A DNA stretch of 63,575 nucleotides, the filler included, from Reclinomonas americana ATCC 50394 (Eukaryota): assembly GCA_048213135.1 (NCBI GenBank). It is 22 parts of 22 records of this genome, joined end to end, with 100 filler letters (N's around TTAATTAATTAA, not from the genome) between each part and the next. Parts side by side here need not be neighbours in the genome. Positions count along the whole stretch, not along the records: positions 20,843 to 24,063 come from AFZH01024136.1; positions 24,164 to 28,330 come from AFZH01024137.1; positions 28,431 to 30,502 come from AFZH01024138.1; positions 30,603 to 33,278 come from AFZH01024139.1; positions 33,379 to 35,294 come from AFZH01024140.1; positions 35,395 to 40,272 come from AFZH01024141.1; 16 more parts are not named here. One strand, given 5' to 3'. The notes beneath the pieces were generated by a model, which did not search any database, was not told where the DNA came from, and was given only the letters and a program-made list of their open reading frames with translations. The position numbers and the translations under genes are program-made. Of this stretch, positions 23,612 through 35,551 are shown in pieces. Each line of letters opens with the position of its first letter. Position 1 is the first letter of the stretch.

Positions 23612-26600
23612 TTATGGAATATGACTGGCAAACCGTTCCAGCAACAGCAGAGACTCCACGACACTGTCGACGGTGATGCCGGAGAGCGCCCACAGATGCG
23701 GACACAGCTCCACCAACGCACGGTGCACGGTCAACAATGCGTCGCTGACTATAGCACGCAGCACGTACGGCTCGAGTCCCGGCACCGAGATCAGCAGCAG
23801 ATCAATGTCGGTGTGATTACCGCGATGCACGAAGCTCGGTGACACAGGGCCGACGGTGGCAGCATGCTGCATGGGGATACGATGAGCAGACTTGAATCGT
23901 GCACTGCCGGAAGCAAACATGAATCCTCACCGACAAGTGCTCGGGGCTGACCACGAACAGACAGCCGATGCAGTCACGCAGCTGCGTCGGTCGGAATCGC
24001 ACGTCACTCTCCGTCGTCAGCACTCCGTGACGGATGACTACCTGTCGCGAGAAAAGGATGAGANNNNNNNNNNNNNNNNNNNNNNNNNNNNNNNNNNNNN
24101 NNNNNNNTTAATTAATTAANNNNNNNNNNNNNNNNNNNNNNNNNNNNNNNNNNNNNNNNNNNNGGGGGAGGAAGGCGAATGTGCAAGCGAATGAAACACC
24201 AAACCTTGTCAATCGCGGCTCCGTTCATCACTGCAATGCGCTGCATGTGCAGCAGACTCTCGGCGAGTGGATCCACAGCAAACACCGCTGCCGCATTGTG
24301 CGCTGCTGCTACCATGGCAAAGTAGCCGTAGTTGGAGCCTGTGAGAAACAAAAGTCAGTCAACTGAAACACTGGCAAGGGTCTCTCTCTCTCCCGCACAC
24401 AAACACACCAATGTCAACAATGGTGGTTGCAGGCTGCTGCCGACAAATGCCAGCGATGGTCAGTTCCACGTCGAGATCTGTGCGCAGTAAACCCGTCAAC
24501 CGCGGTCGTTGTCGCGTTGCCAGCCTGCCAGTGCCGTGTGGAAGAGTGGCGATGGTGGGTCTGTCGCAGATGTTTCGCGACGCGTGAGCAATCGATGAGA
24601 CGCGGAACAAGAGATACTCTCTCTCTCCCTCACCCAGTGCGTCGAGTCATCACCACTTCGCCTCCCTCTTGCGCTCGCCGGTGCACTCGGAATTGAGAAT
24701 CGATGAAGAATGTGGTGTCGTCGAGGCTCCTCATCTGCCGACCCGAGTCGGTGAGCGCTGCGGAGTGAGGGTCGGTGGATCAGTCACAACGCTGGAGCGA
24801 AGAAGCAAGCACGCATCCATATTGTACACAACTCCACATGCGCGCAATGAGCGGACCAAACTTGGCCATGGTGGTGCGCCTCGAGTGGTTGACATGGTAC
24901 ACTCGACTGACGGCGGTGACATTGATGATCGCCCAGCGCTCGCGCTGCAGCAGACGATACAAGACCCACGGGTCCCAGTGATTCATGCCGGCGTAGAAAT
25001 CGAGAAGAGGAGGAATGGCGCCTTTTGCATGCACGCTCATGAGTCGCTGCGCGTGTGCGCGAGGAGATGGCGAGAGAGAGACTGATAACAAACCGGGAGT
25101 GTGTACGAAATAATCGATGCCAGTCGGTCCGTGTGGCTTGGCCGCGCGCACCTGTGGCATGCTCGAAAACCTGGCCTCCCAGTTGGAATCCTGCAGCGGG
25201 TCGCCGGGCACGCCATCCATGTCCCACCGCTCACCCACGAGCACGAAATCGGGAAATGTGGCGACGGCTGTCTCCAGTGCCTGCCGAGCAACAGTGAGAG
25301 GCGGCCACGGGCCGAGAAGGGTTGGTGCGCACGTGACGCAACTCGACGCAGGGAAGATGCATGCACAACGATATCGCTGTTAATAAACATGTGCACCGGC
25401 GTGTCGTCGCCACACAGCTGGTGACCAGCGTCAAACACGCGACGCAGCAGCGGAATGTCGAACTCGCCACGACGGATGCCAAGCGACTGTCGCGCCAACG
25501 TGAGTGGGAGCTGGAGACATAGGGGAGAGAGAGTGTGTGTGAAAGTTTGACGCACCTCCATGCCACAGTGGCTGATGATGCCGACAGGAAAGCGTTGCAG
25601 CAACCACTCGCAGTCGTCGGAGAAGAGCACGAGACGAGCAAGTTTGAGACGCGTCCAGGAGGCAATCGCAGCATAGACGGCTGGCAGAGCAAGATAAGCA
25701 GGTGCAGTGCACTGAGCAGCAGTTGGCGAGACGCACCCAGTTGACTGCTCACTTCCTGCAGCGACTTGACCAGCGAGTACACACAGATCGCGCCGGTATC
25801 CCTGCACCAATGACAGTCAGCGAGGCGCATGAGTGAGTGCTTTGGTGCACCATCAAAAGCTCACCATTGGGGCATGGTGCGCGCCAATCGGGTCGGGTCG
25901 AATCGGAGACGCGGCGGCACGGGTGTCGGCTGAATCCCGGTGCTTCGGAACCACCAGAGCGGCTGCCGTGCGGCGGGCACGGGAGCTGCCACAGTGTTGG
26001 ACGAGCTCCAAGCGGCTGCCGACACGGCCCAGTAGTCGGAGCGGAAAACGATCTGTGCACGCACACCAGTGAGACAAAATGAGATGCACGAGTTGGGATA
26101 TCCACGAAGGACGAAACCACTGGCGGACGTGCGACACTCCGCACGAGACGACAGGCGATGGGTAGGAGGACGCCGAGCGGCACATCCATCCCGCGCGTCT
26201 TGTAGACGTGGAGAAGGAGGTCGTGCACAAGGGGCAACTGCAGCAGCGACCGCGCAATCATCTGCATGCACCCCGTAAGCGACAGCGTGTGTGGCGAGAG
26301 GGGGCGGTAAAGGACCGGCAACGCACCAGATTGTGCGAGTCCCACTCATCGTACACCTCGGCGAGTGGCATCACGGCGTGCTCCTCGTCAGCGCGACCCA
26401 CATGCTGCAGGAACTCGCGAACGACTGCACGCAGGCGACGCGGCAATGCAGTCTCGTGTCGAATCGAACGCCACACCACGACATCGACGCCAGAGGTCAG
26501 CAAGAAGCGCGGGCAGAACGGCAACGGCGAGCCTGCAGGCGTGCACACACATCGTGTGAGAAGCAGCTTCGTTACATTCCCCGCCTCACCAAATACGCAC

Positions 26601-27262
26601 CGAGAAAGAACTGCGAGTCCACCAGCCACACACTCGCCTCGTCCGCCTCCGCCTCGTCGAGAGCCACCTCCCACCACGGCTGCTTGGTGACGACACTTCG
26701 CGGTCGCGCCTCACGTGTACGTGCAGCAGCGTCGCGCAGCACTGCCTCCACCATGCCGTTCACCTCCGTCGTCGTCGACACCACCACATGCACAGCATAC
26801 GAGCCGGCCGCCGCAAAGTCCATCACGAAGCGATCCAGCATCGCCAGTGCCAGAGACGCCGACCAGTGGCGATGAACTGGTGGTGCGTCTGCGAATGCAG
26901 TGAGCAGAGGACGGAGCAAAAAGGGTGAGCAGCGGACAACTCGCGCAACTCATGCTCAACACAATGCGCATTCTCGGAGTCGCCAGTCGCTCATTGCATT
27001 GCGTATGTGTATCGATGAGCGGTGGTGCAGTTGGCTGCGGTCGTGGCGGGAACGGGAACCAGTCGTCGTCGTCGTCGCGCCGGTTGTGGCGGCTGCGCAA
27101 CTCGGAACGCACATCAAAGTCGAAAGCATCGCTCGTGCTGCGGCCGGGGCCGTCGGAGTTGCGCAGAACGAGAATGAACAGGAGGAGGAGAGAGGTGAGT
27201 GTGGCGACAACGAGGGTTATGGTGAGGAGAAGGAGCCGAGAGGAGCAGCAGCGGAGTGGCAT
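23612..27262 (-). CDS. Type II membrane (Golgi-like) protein: glycosyltransferase-like domain fused to C-terminal FkbM-family methyltransferase; spans linker 24064-24163
   Basis: N-terminal hydrophobic anchor LLLLTITLVVATLTSLLLLFILVL; AIASW..MFINSDI..LVGERWD..GIDYF..WDPW..HVNH motifs; VDIG|SNYGYF...VFAVDP and IDLLLISVPGLEPYVL FkbM-like motifs; 3' end uncertain. Confidence 0.6.
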
Positions 27263-27482
27263 GTTGCGCGCGGCATTGAGGATTTAATTGATCGGAGTGG
27301 ACAATGGAAGGATGACTCATGACCATGTGAGATGGGTGTGCAGAGTGATGATGCACGCACAGCTGGCAAGCGAGCGAGTGGGGGAGGGAGAGAGGAAGTG
27401 GAGAGGGAAAGGAGGGGGTTTGCCATGACATGCAGCGTGGGGCAAGGTACGCGAGCGTGGGGAATGTGAGTAGGACAGCTGA

Positions 27483-27554
27483 GCCTGCGTAGCATAGTGG
27501 TATTGCGTCGCACTCGTAATGCGAAGGTCGGGTGTTCAATTCACCCCGCAGGCA
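27483..27554 (+). tRNA. tRNA-Thr(CGU), eukaryotic type
   Basis: Acceptor stem GCCTGCG/CGCAGGC, D-arm with AGTGGT, anticodon arm TCGCA-CTCGTAA-TGCGA, T-arm GGGTG-TTCAATT-CACCC; no encoded CCA; T-run Pol III terminator at ~27561. Confidence 0.96.
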
Positions 27555-27712
27555 TCGTTCTTTTTTGATTTTTTCTTTTTTTTTCCTAAACAATCGATGC
27601 TGCTGCTGTTCTCCTGCTTGGTTAAAGGTGGTGTGTGTGCATCGAAAGTATGGCGTACTCGAACATTCCAAAATCCCTTTACACAAAAACTCCCATTCGT
27701 ATCCACTTCCAC

Positions 27713-29684
27713 TCAGCGCTTGGTGGGATTGGTGGCCAGCTGCACAGCGTGTGTTGTCGTCAGTCACCCCATCCTCCACAACAACAACAACAACAACAAG
27801 AGACAACAACCGCAGCGCACCTTTTCGCCAAACTGTGTGATATCGCACGTCACGCGCGGCTTGTAGCCCAGCTCGGTGCGCTCCGCCAGTGGCTCCGTGT
27901 CCCAGCCGTACTCGTGCGAAGCCACCTGCGGTCGCGTGTTCTTCTCACGCGGCAGCTTGTGCAACCGGCGCAGTGATTGCGTGAACTCGGCTGCAGCAAC
28001 GAGAGGGAAAGAGAGAGAGAAAGAGAGAGAGAGAACGAAACAGTCAGCGGAAAAAAGGGAAGGGAAAGAGGAAGGAGTCTGGCGGACCGGCTGTTGTTCC
28101 TTCCCTGTCTCTGTCTATCTATCCGTCGCTGACGCCTAGTGCGTTGAGACTTCTTCCTCATGTTCTTCTTCTTCTTCTTCTTCTTCTTCTTCTTCTTCTT
28201 CTTCTTCTTCTTCTTCTTCTTCTTCTTCTTCTTCTTCTTCTTTCCTTCCTCTTCTCTCTCTCCTCTTCTCGTTCTCTCTCGTCTCGTCTACGTCCTCCTC
28301 TCCTTCCTACTACTACTTACTACGTACTACNNNNNNNNNNNNNNNNNNNNNNNNNNNNNNNNNNNNNNNNNNNNTTAATTAATTAANNNNNNNNNNNNNN
28401 NNNNNNNNNNNNNNNNNNNNNNNNNNNNNNTCTATCTCTCTCTCTTTCTTTTGTCTCTCTCTCTTCTTCTTCTTCTTCTTCTCCCCCTCCTTCTTCTGTC
28501 CTTGCTTCTCGTCCCCTCGCGTGGATCAGCCTCTGTCCCTGCCTCCTTTATCTCCTTCATTCTCTTTCTCTCTCCTCAGACGAAAAGTGCTGTACGCCAC
28601 GAGAACCGCCAGTGCATCGCCACCAACTTGCTCGAGAATGAGAGGAAGAGCACACACAGGGAGACAAGGAGTGGAGGAGTCGGTCATGGCATTGCGAGAG
28701 AGGAGAGAGGAGGGGAGAGATCAAGCGGCCGGACTCGCTCAGCTTCAGTTCTTTCTTCCCTTTTTCCACCCAGCCCAGGCGCACAAGACACTCAGTGCAC
28801 TGAGAGGAAAAGCAGGCTCTGCTCCCCTCCCTTCGCCCTCTCCTCAGACACACAGTGCTTCGTGAGATCAAGCCTCGGCCTCTATCTCTGCCTCTTTCTC
28901 TTCAGTACTCCTTCGCCCTCTCCTCAGAAGAGCAGCAGGCGGAGAGGTGGAGCACAGTGACAACCTCCGGCTCTGCGTTTCTCCCAGTGATGTCTCGCTC
29001 AGCTTGCTTTCTCTCCTTCCTCCCCTCCCTTCACCCTCTCAGCAAACACACAGTGCTTCGAGATCCTGTCACTTTCTCTTCTGTACCTCTTCGCCCTCTC
29101 CTCAGAAGAGCAGCGTTCCTCCCTGCCTCCCTGCTCTCTTCCTCCCTGCTCTCTTCCTCCCTGCTCCCTTCCTCCCTCCTCCCCTCCCCCCTTTCCCTTC
29201 TCCCCCCTTTCTCCCTCCACCCTTCCCTCTCCCACCACGACACGCAACGATCAATCTCCTCTGCACTCCGCGTGGCCTGCAGACCACCACGACTGCCACC
29301 GAGCGATCCGGCTGTTCGCGTGGCCGTGGTCGCCGTCGCCGTCGCCGCCGCCGTCGCATTCTGTCGCCTCGCAGCACGCTCCTGCTGCTTCCGCTCAATC
29401 GACTCGAGCAGATACGCCTCCTTATCCAGGAAATGCGTCGGCCGCTTCGTCGGCTTCTCCGCAATGTCAGCCACTGATCACAGAGTGTGTGAGACGGAAA
29501 AACTCAGCGTGAAAAGCGCGCAGTGTGTGTGTGCCTCTCCGTTGTCATGCACGCAACATCGACGAGGATCAACAGAGAAGGTGGGCGGTGCACCGCCCGA
29601 GAGCACGTGCTTCTCCTTGTTCACATGCTCCACCCAGATCGAGTTCTTGCACACCTCGTCGATCTTTTCCGTCTTCCAGTTCAT
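27713..29684 (-). CDS. CFAP144: FAM183/CFAP144-family ciliary microtubule-associated protein, 4 exons; long intron spans linker 28331-28430
   Basis: DEVCKNSIWVEHVNKE...FSVDPRR|LADIAEKP...EEID|PEFTQSL...PREK...SHEYGWDTEPL...RVTCDITQF parallels the family motifs DEVHQNQILRE...NPLRK...KP...P.KKYP...EVGWDSEPL...RVYSDIT. Confidence 0.8.
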
Positions 29685-29879
29685 CTTGTTTGCGGTGTTG
29701 TTTCCCAAAGAGCACGCACGGTGAGCGTTTTCGGGAGAGGCGAAGAGAGAGCGTGCTTGCAGAGGAGTGAGTCACGCCGAAAACGGACGCGAGCGGAATT
29801 GTCGACCGTTGAACATTTTACCGCGCGCGCGTGATCTCGCACACACTGCTGCCTCAACGCCACACCAAACGAACAAGCC

Positions 29880-30407
29880 ATGTCGTACCAGGTAATGTCT
29901 CACACACGCACACACACGCGCACAGTGAGAGAGAGAGAGACAGAGTGCGTGTGTGCGCGTGGAAATGTCGTCGCTCACTGGCGAGAGTCCCAACAGTCAC
30001 CCGATTCACGAAAGGAGCAGTTCCGCAAGTACCTCGAGAGCACAGGTGTGATTGATGTGTTCACCAAGGTGCTCGTGGCATTGTACGAGGAGCCTGAGCG
30101 ACCGTCGAATCCGATCGAGTTGCGTCCCCTCTCTCTGTTGTTGATGATTGTCGATGCACACCACTCGCTCACTCTTCTTGTCTGTGCGACGCAGGTACAT
30201 CAAGCAGTATCTGGGCGCACCCTCCTCCGACGAGCACCAGCGTGAGCAAGAGGAGCTCGCCGCACTGCGTGCAAAGAACGAGGAGTTGCAGCGACGGATT
30301 CAAGAACTCGAGTCGGTGCGTGTCTCTTTCTCTGCTGCTCCTGTCTCCTCCTCATGAGCGTGATGACTGAATGGTGTGATGTGGCTGGCACACAGGGTGG
30401 TCAGTAA
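29880..30407 (+). CDS. MYCBP: c-Myc-binding protein / AMY-1 (FAP174-like), 4 exons
   Basis: Spliced MSYQ|SPDSRKEQFRKYLESTGVIDVFTKVLVALYEEPERPSNPIE|YIKQYLG...LRAKNEELQRRIQELES|GGQ*. Confidence 0.92.
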
Positions 30408-30602
30408 AGGTTGTCTGTTGGTGGGCGCAATGGGCCGTGGATGGTTGCCGGCATGTTTCTGTGAGGGTCGGTGAAGTGTACAGATGTACTGTCTTTTTTT
30501 TTNNNNNNNNNNNNNNNNNNNNNNNNNNNNNNNNNNNNNNNNNNNNTTAATTAATTAANNNNNNNNNNNNNNNNNNNNNNNNNNNNNNNNNNNNNNNNNN
30601 NN

Positions 30603-30995
30603 GTCGCGATAGGGGCCATCGGCGCCGAAGCCGGTGATCGAGCAGGCGACGATGCCCGGCCGGATCAGCTGCAGACGCTCCTCGCCGAAGCCGAGTCTGG
30701 CCATCACGCCGGGCCGGAAATTGTCGATCACGGCATCGGCCGTGGCGAGCAGCTGCTCCAGGCCGCGCTTGCCGTCCTCGGTCTTCAGGTCGAGCACGAC
30801 CGAGCGCTTGTTGCGGTTGAAGGAGGCGTAATACCAGCTCAGCCCGTCGCGGCCGGATCCTTGCGTGCGGAGCGGATCGCCCTCGGGCGGCTCGACCTTG
30901 ATCACGTCGGCGCCCAGATCCGCCAGCAGCATCGTGCAGAACGGGCCGGAGATGACGCGCGTGAGATCGACGATTCTTAGGCCGGTCAACGGCAT
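30603..30995 (-). CDS. CaiB/BaiF family III CoA-transferase (3'-truncated), bacterial
   Basis: PLTGLRIVDLTRVISGPFCTMLLADLGADVIKVEPP.GD..R...NRNKRS...DNFRPG. Confidence 0.95.
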
Positions 30996-31013
30996 TATGC
31001 AGCCTCTTGCGGA

Positions 31014-32288
31014 TCAGAAGGAATTCGGCAGCCAGGTGACGATGCCGGGGAAAACGGAGATCAGCACCAGCACCAGCAAGGACCAGCCGAGGAAGGGCAG
31101 GAGCTGGACGGCGATGGGCCAGAGCGGGACGCGGCCGACCGCGCCGGTGACGAAGAGCAGCAGGCCGATCGGCGGATGCAGCATGCCGATCATCAGGTTC
31201 AGCACGACGATCATAGCGAACTGGATCGGGTCGAGGCCGAGCTGCGCCTGGATCGGCAGCAGGGTCGGCACGAACATGACCAGCGCCGGCAGCGGCTCCA
31301 GGATCATCCCGACCACGAACAGCATGAGGTTGACGATCAGCAGGATCACCAGGGGATCGCTCGAGAGCGACAGGATGCCCTGCGAGATGCGCGTGGCGAT
31401 GTGCGATTCGTTGAGCAGCCAGGAGAAGGGGCCGGCCGCCGCCAGCAGGAACAGGATGACCGCCGAGGTCTTGCCCGCGGCGAGGAAGACCTCGCCCAGG
31501 CTGCGGATCTTCAGGTCGCGATAGATCGCGAGCCCGACGATCAGCGCGTAGACGCAGATCACTCCGGCGGCTTCGGTTTCCGTGATGAAGCCCGAGCGGA
31601 TGCCGAGGATGATCAGCACCGGCACCAGCAGGGCCCAGATCGAACCGCGCGTGGCGACGGCGCGCTCCCTCCAGGTCGCGGCCTCCTTGGCGGCATAGCC
31701 CTCCCGCCGCGCGACCCAGGCGCAGATCGCCATATAGCCGAAGAAGAGCAGCAGCCCGGGCACGACGCCGGCCAGGAACAGCTTGCCGATCGAGAGATTG
31801 GCCATGATCGCGTAGATGATCAGCGGGATCGACGGCGGCAGGATCGGCCCGAGCATGGCGCCGGCGGCGATGACGGCAGCGGCGTAGCCGGGCTTGTAGC
31901 CCTCCTTCTTCATCGCCGGGATCAGGATGCCGCCGGTCGCCGTGGCGTCCGCGACGGCCGAGCCCGAGATGCCGGCCATGATCAGGTTGGTCATCAGCGC
32001 GACCTGCGAGAGGCTGCCGCGCAGGTGGCCGACCATGGCGGTCGACCATTCGATCAGGCGGCGCGTGACGCCGCCGCGGTTCATGATCTCGCCGGCCAGG
32101 ACGAAGAGCGGCACGGTGATCAGCGCGGCGCTGTCGACCCCGGAGACCACCGTGAGCGGGGCCATGACCAGGTCGATGCCGCCATGCATGAGCATGCCGA
32201 TCATCGCGGCCAGGATCATGGCGAAGCCGACGTCGAGCCCGGCGACAAGCAGGCCGAAGAAGACGAGCGTGCTAATGATGATCAGCAT
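31014..32288 (-). CDS. dctM: TRAP transporter large permease
   Basis: 424-aa polytopic membrane protein with PLFVLAGEIMNRGG, GISGSAVADA, PPSIPLIIY, HPPIGLLLF. Confidence 0.95.
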   Translation of the reverse strand: MLIIISTLVFFGLLVAGLDVGFAMILAAMIGMLMHGGIDLVMAPLTVVSGVDSAALITVPLFVLAGEIMNRGGVTRRLIEWSTAMVGHLRGSLSQVALMTNLIMAGISGSAVADATATGGILIPAMKKEGYKPGYAAAVIAAGAMLGPILPPSIPLIIYAIMANLSIGKLFLAGVVPGLLLFFGYMAICAWVARREGYAAKEAATWRERAVATRGSIWALLVPVLIILGIRSGFITETEAAGVICVYALIVGLAIYRDLKIRSLGEVFLAAGKTSAVILFLLAAAGPFSWLLNESHIATRISQGILSLSSDPLVILLIVNLMLFVVGMILEPLPALVMFVPTLLPIQAQLGLDPIQFAMIVVLNLMIGMLHPPIGLLLFVTGAVGRVPLWPIAVQLLPFLGWSLLVLVLISVFPGIVTWLPNSF

Positions 32289-32847
32289 GGTCGCTCACCG
32301 TGTCGACGCCGAGCCGGCCGCCCAGCAGCGTGTCCGCCATGCGCAGCAGGAGAAAGATCACCAGCAGGACGAGCCCGGCGAGCAGCGCCCCGTACATGAC
32401 GTCGTAGTAGAAGGGCGTGCCCATGATCGCCTGGAACGAGCCCACCTCCAGCAGCTGCCAACCATTGACCAGCAAGGCGAGCGCGACGAGCAGCATCACC
32501 CCGTCCAGGAAGACGCCGGCGACACGCCGGGCCCTCTCCGGCAGGAAATGCTGGATCACCTCGATCCTGATGTTCATGCGGTCGCGGACGCCAAGCGCGA
32601 AGCCGAGGAAGGCCATCCAGACCATGCCGATGCGGGCGATCTGGTCATGCGCGTCGAACTGCGTCTTCAGCACGTAGCGGTCCGCCACCTGGCCGACGGT
32701 GAAGGTCAGCACCACGACGAGCGCCAGCACGACCAGAACCTTGACCAGCGTCTCTAGGATACGGACGGGCACGACCAGCATGCGTACCCCCTCCCCGCGG
32801 ACGGGCGCAGCGATCCGCCCTCCTGCCCCGGCGTCCGAGACAGCCAT
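32272..32847 (-). CDS. dctQ: TRAP transporter small permease
   Basis: 4-TM protein between dctP and dctM; start overlaps dctP stop (TGATG). Confidence 0.88.
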   Translation of the reverse strand: MAVSDAGAGGRIAAPVRGEGVRMLVVPVRILETLVKVLVVLALVVVLTFTVGQVADRYVLKTQFDAHDQIARIGMVWMAFLGFALGVRDRMNIRIEVIQHFLPERARRVAGVFLDGVMLLVALALLVNGWQLLEVGSFQAIMGTPFYYDVMYGALLAGLVLLVIFLLLRMADTLLGGRLGVDTVSDHADHH

Positions 32848-33278
32848 CAGGCGCCCTGCAGCGTGCGCAGACGGGCGACCATGCCCTTGGGCCACATCTT
32901 GCCGTCGAGCTCGTCCTCGACGCCGGCGACCGCCTTGCGGAAAGCGTCGCGATCAGGGACGACATAGGTACAGCCGGCCTTCTTCAGGATGTCGATCGCC
33001 TCGGTATCGAGCTCCTTGGTCAGTTGGGTGGTGACCTCGCCGGCGGCCTTCGAGGCCTTGCGGAAGATTTGGCGGTCGGTCTCGTTCAGCCCCTTCCAGA
33101 GACGCTCGGAAGCGAAGAAGCCGACGAGCTCGTTGACGTGGTCGGTCGCCGACCAGAACTTGGCTGCCTCGTGGAAGCGCGGCGGGATCGAGAGATCGAA
33201 GCCGTTGTCCTGACCGTCGACCGCGCCGCGCGAGAGCGCGCTGTAGATCTCCAGCATGCCCATCGGCGTGGACTGGGC
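32847..33278 (-). CDS. dctP: TRAP substrate-binding protein (5'-truncated)
   Basis: TPMGMLEIYSALSRGAVDGQDN...FHEAAKF...T.H. Confidence 0.9.
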   Translation of the reverse strand, partial: AQSTPMGMLEIYSALSRGAVDGQDNGFDLSIPPRFHEAAKFWSATDHVNELVGFFASERLWKGLNETDRQIFRKASKAAGEVTTQLTKELDTEAIDILKKAGCTYVVPDRDAFRKAVAGVEDELDGKMWPKGMVARLRTLQGA

Positions 33279-33378
33279 NNNNNNNNNNNNNNNNNNNNNN
33301 NNNNNNNNNNNNNNNNNNNNNNTTAATTAATTAANNNNNNNNNNNNNNNNNNNNNNNNNNNNNNNNNNNNNNNNNNNN

Positions 33379-35551
33379 CGCCGAGCGGCTTCATCAGTCG
33401 GAGCGTACGCTTGTACGATGTATGCTGCGTCTGTTCTCCAAGGATGACATTGATCTCTTTTTGCACAAGTTGAGTGCCATCTCTGCTCTGCCGTGCTTGT
33501 TCACGTGAGTGCCACATTCATTTTTGTGTGAGCAGGTTTGTGGAGTCACGAGCGGATCACCCTCGCTCATGGGAGCAGTACAAGCAGCAGATCGAGCGCA
33601 CGCCGGGATTGGATGGACTGGCTTCGTCGGTGAGTCGTTGGTGATGGAAAGAGACAGAGTGCGCAATGATGTCGACGCGAAGAGTGTTGTACGAGAGCGA
33701 CAAGAAAAGTGACAGCACAACAAAAGAATTTCACATGTACATGCAGTGGCGGCGGTGGTACTCACTTTCCTCCTTTCCCCCATTTCCATAACAGCCCCTG
33801 ATGTTGAATATGATTGTTCTGGTAATGGAAGATCTGGAACGGTTGCAGCACCGCCATGACGGCGCTGGCGGTGGTACTGCACTCTCCACGAATCGTGTAA
33901 CTCGTGCACGGTTGTATGAGGCGTTTGCCAAACACAAACTGCGCTGGGAGTTTGAGCATCACCGAGTGCACATTCGTAAGGTGTGCCGTTGGCGGTTGTG
34001 GACCACAGTGTGGATCCGGAGGAATACATGCCTTCTCACACAAATCATTCTTGCACAGTTGTATGGCGACGAAGAATCAGAAGAGGATTTCTGTCTGCGA
34101 GTGTGGGACTTTTGCTCGGAGCTTGCTGGAGAGATGATGCAACACTCTTTGGTGTCTGTGCGGCAGGGAAAGCTCGAGGTTTGCCGTTCAACATGTGACT
34201 GGTTCTACAATTCTTGTTCCGTCTGCGTTTCGTAACTCACTATCCTTCATCCATCACAGCGCACTCAACAAGCTGTCGCAGAGCAGCATGTGTGGAACAA
34301 GTGGTTTGATCGTGATGATCCGCTGCAGAACTCCCTTGTTCGCGCTGTTGCGTCGTCCCTCTCTCATGGCGATGCATTCCCTGCGTTCTCATTCGAGATG
34401 CTACACAGGCATTGTTGAAGTGGAGTCGACTCGGAGCATCGCAACAGCGTGTGGAGTTCATGCACAAATCGGTGCTGGAGTACTTTGCCGCTCAGTCGTG
34501 GCTGGCTGATGTGCGGTTGTTGGCCGATGAGGAGGTGGAGTTGGAGGTGAGCATTGTCATGCTTCTCTGATCATTCATCCTGCATGATTGTCAACCTACC
34601 TCGGTGCAGGATCGGCTCGACAGACTGTGCTCCAGCTTCACTGGCCAGCGGACACTGCTCACATCGGATGAAGTGAGTGCTTCCTTTCCATCATTCACTC
34701 TCGCGACATGCGCTCACCCCTTCTTCGCTGGTTGCAGGGTCTTAATTCCATCCTGTCGTTCGTCGCCGAGCAAGTGCAGGCTGATCCCTCTCTCCATGAC
34801 GTACTGTGGAAGGCGATTGCTCTTTCACGCACGGAGGAAAGAGTCGCTTCCGCGTCGTCGAGTGCGGCAAGTGCACTGTGTCTCGCGGAGGTGTCGTTCA
34901 GTGGGCGCGATATGTCGGGTGTGCGAATACCGGGGGCGGATTTAAGAGATGCAGTGATGCACAGGACGGTGTGGAGGGGAGCGGATATGCGAGGGGTGAA
35001 TGTGTGCATGGCATTTGCGAGAGAGGCGGATTTCACGGGGGCGTATATGACGGGTATGAAGTGGCCGAGAAAACCAATTGAAGGCCATACGAGTGTGGTG
35101 AGCGCAGTGGCAGTGACACCCGATGGCCAGCACATTGTGAGTGGCAGTGCTGACGGTACTGTACATGTGTGGTCAGTGGCAACTGGCGAGGAAGTGCGCC
35201 GACTGGAAGGGCACACGAAAGCGGTGAGGGCTGTGGCAGTGACACCAGATGGCCAGCACATTGTGAGTGGCAGTCGGGACAAGACTGTACGTGTNNNNNN
35301 NNNNNNNNNNNNNNNNNNNNNNNNNNNNNNNNNNNNNNTTAATTAATTAANNNNNNNNNNNNNNNNNNNNNNNNNNNNNNNNNNNNNNNNNNNNCCGATT
35401 GGAAGACCACACGGATGGGATGTGTACAGAGGTTGATGGACAGCGTGTTCTTCCAAGATGGAAGGATTCACCACTTGCACACCACGATGGAGAGCTACTC
35501 CTGCGCATTGTCGGCTCCTTCCTGCCTGATTTCACCGGCGTGATTTTGTAA
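33379..35551 (+). CDS. NACHT-pentapeptide-WD40 gene, copy B (5'-truncated; most WD repeats fall in the gap 35295-35394)
   Basis: Collinear with reverse complement of 12703-16310; ends ...GSFLPDFTGVIL* at 35551. Confidence 0.88.

Noticed and set aside
29800..29815. GTCGACCGTTGAAC as an RFX X-box in the ciliary bidirectional promoter
   Set aside because: Only a loose match to GTNRCC-N-RGYAAC; not supportable
30547..32757. Long overlapping ORFs in other frames of the bacterial contigs (also 42671-44329, 47861-48964, 62194-63186)
   Set aside because: Shadow ORFs typical of high-GC coding DNA; the recognisable genes are in other frames
30603..33278. Bacterial genes as horizontal transfers into the protist
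   Set aside because: Whole intronless operonic contigs bounded by linkers, with no junction to eukaryotic DNA
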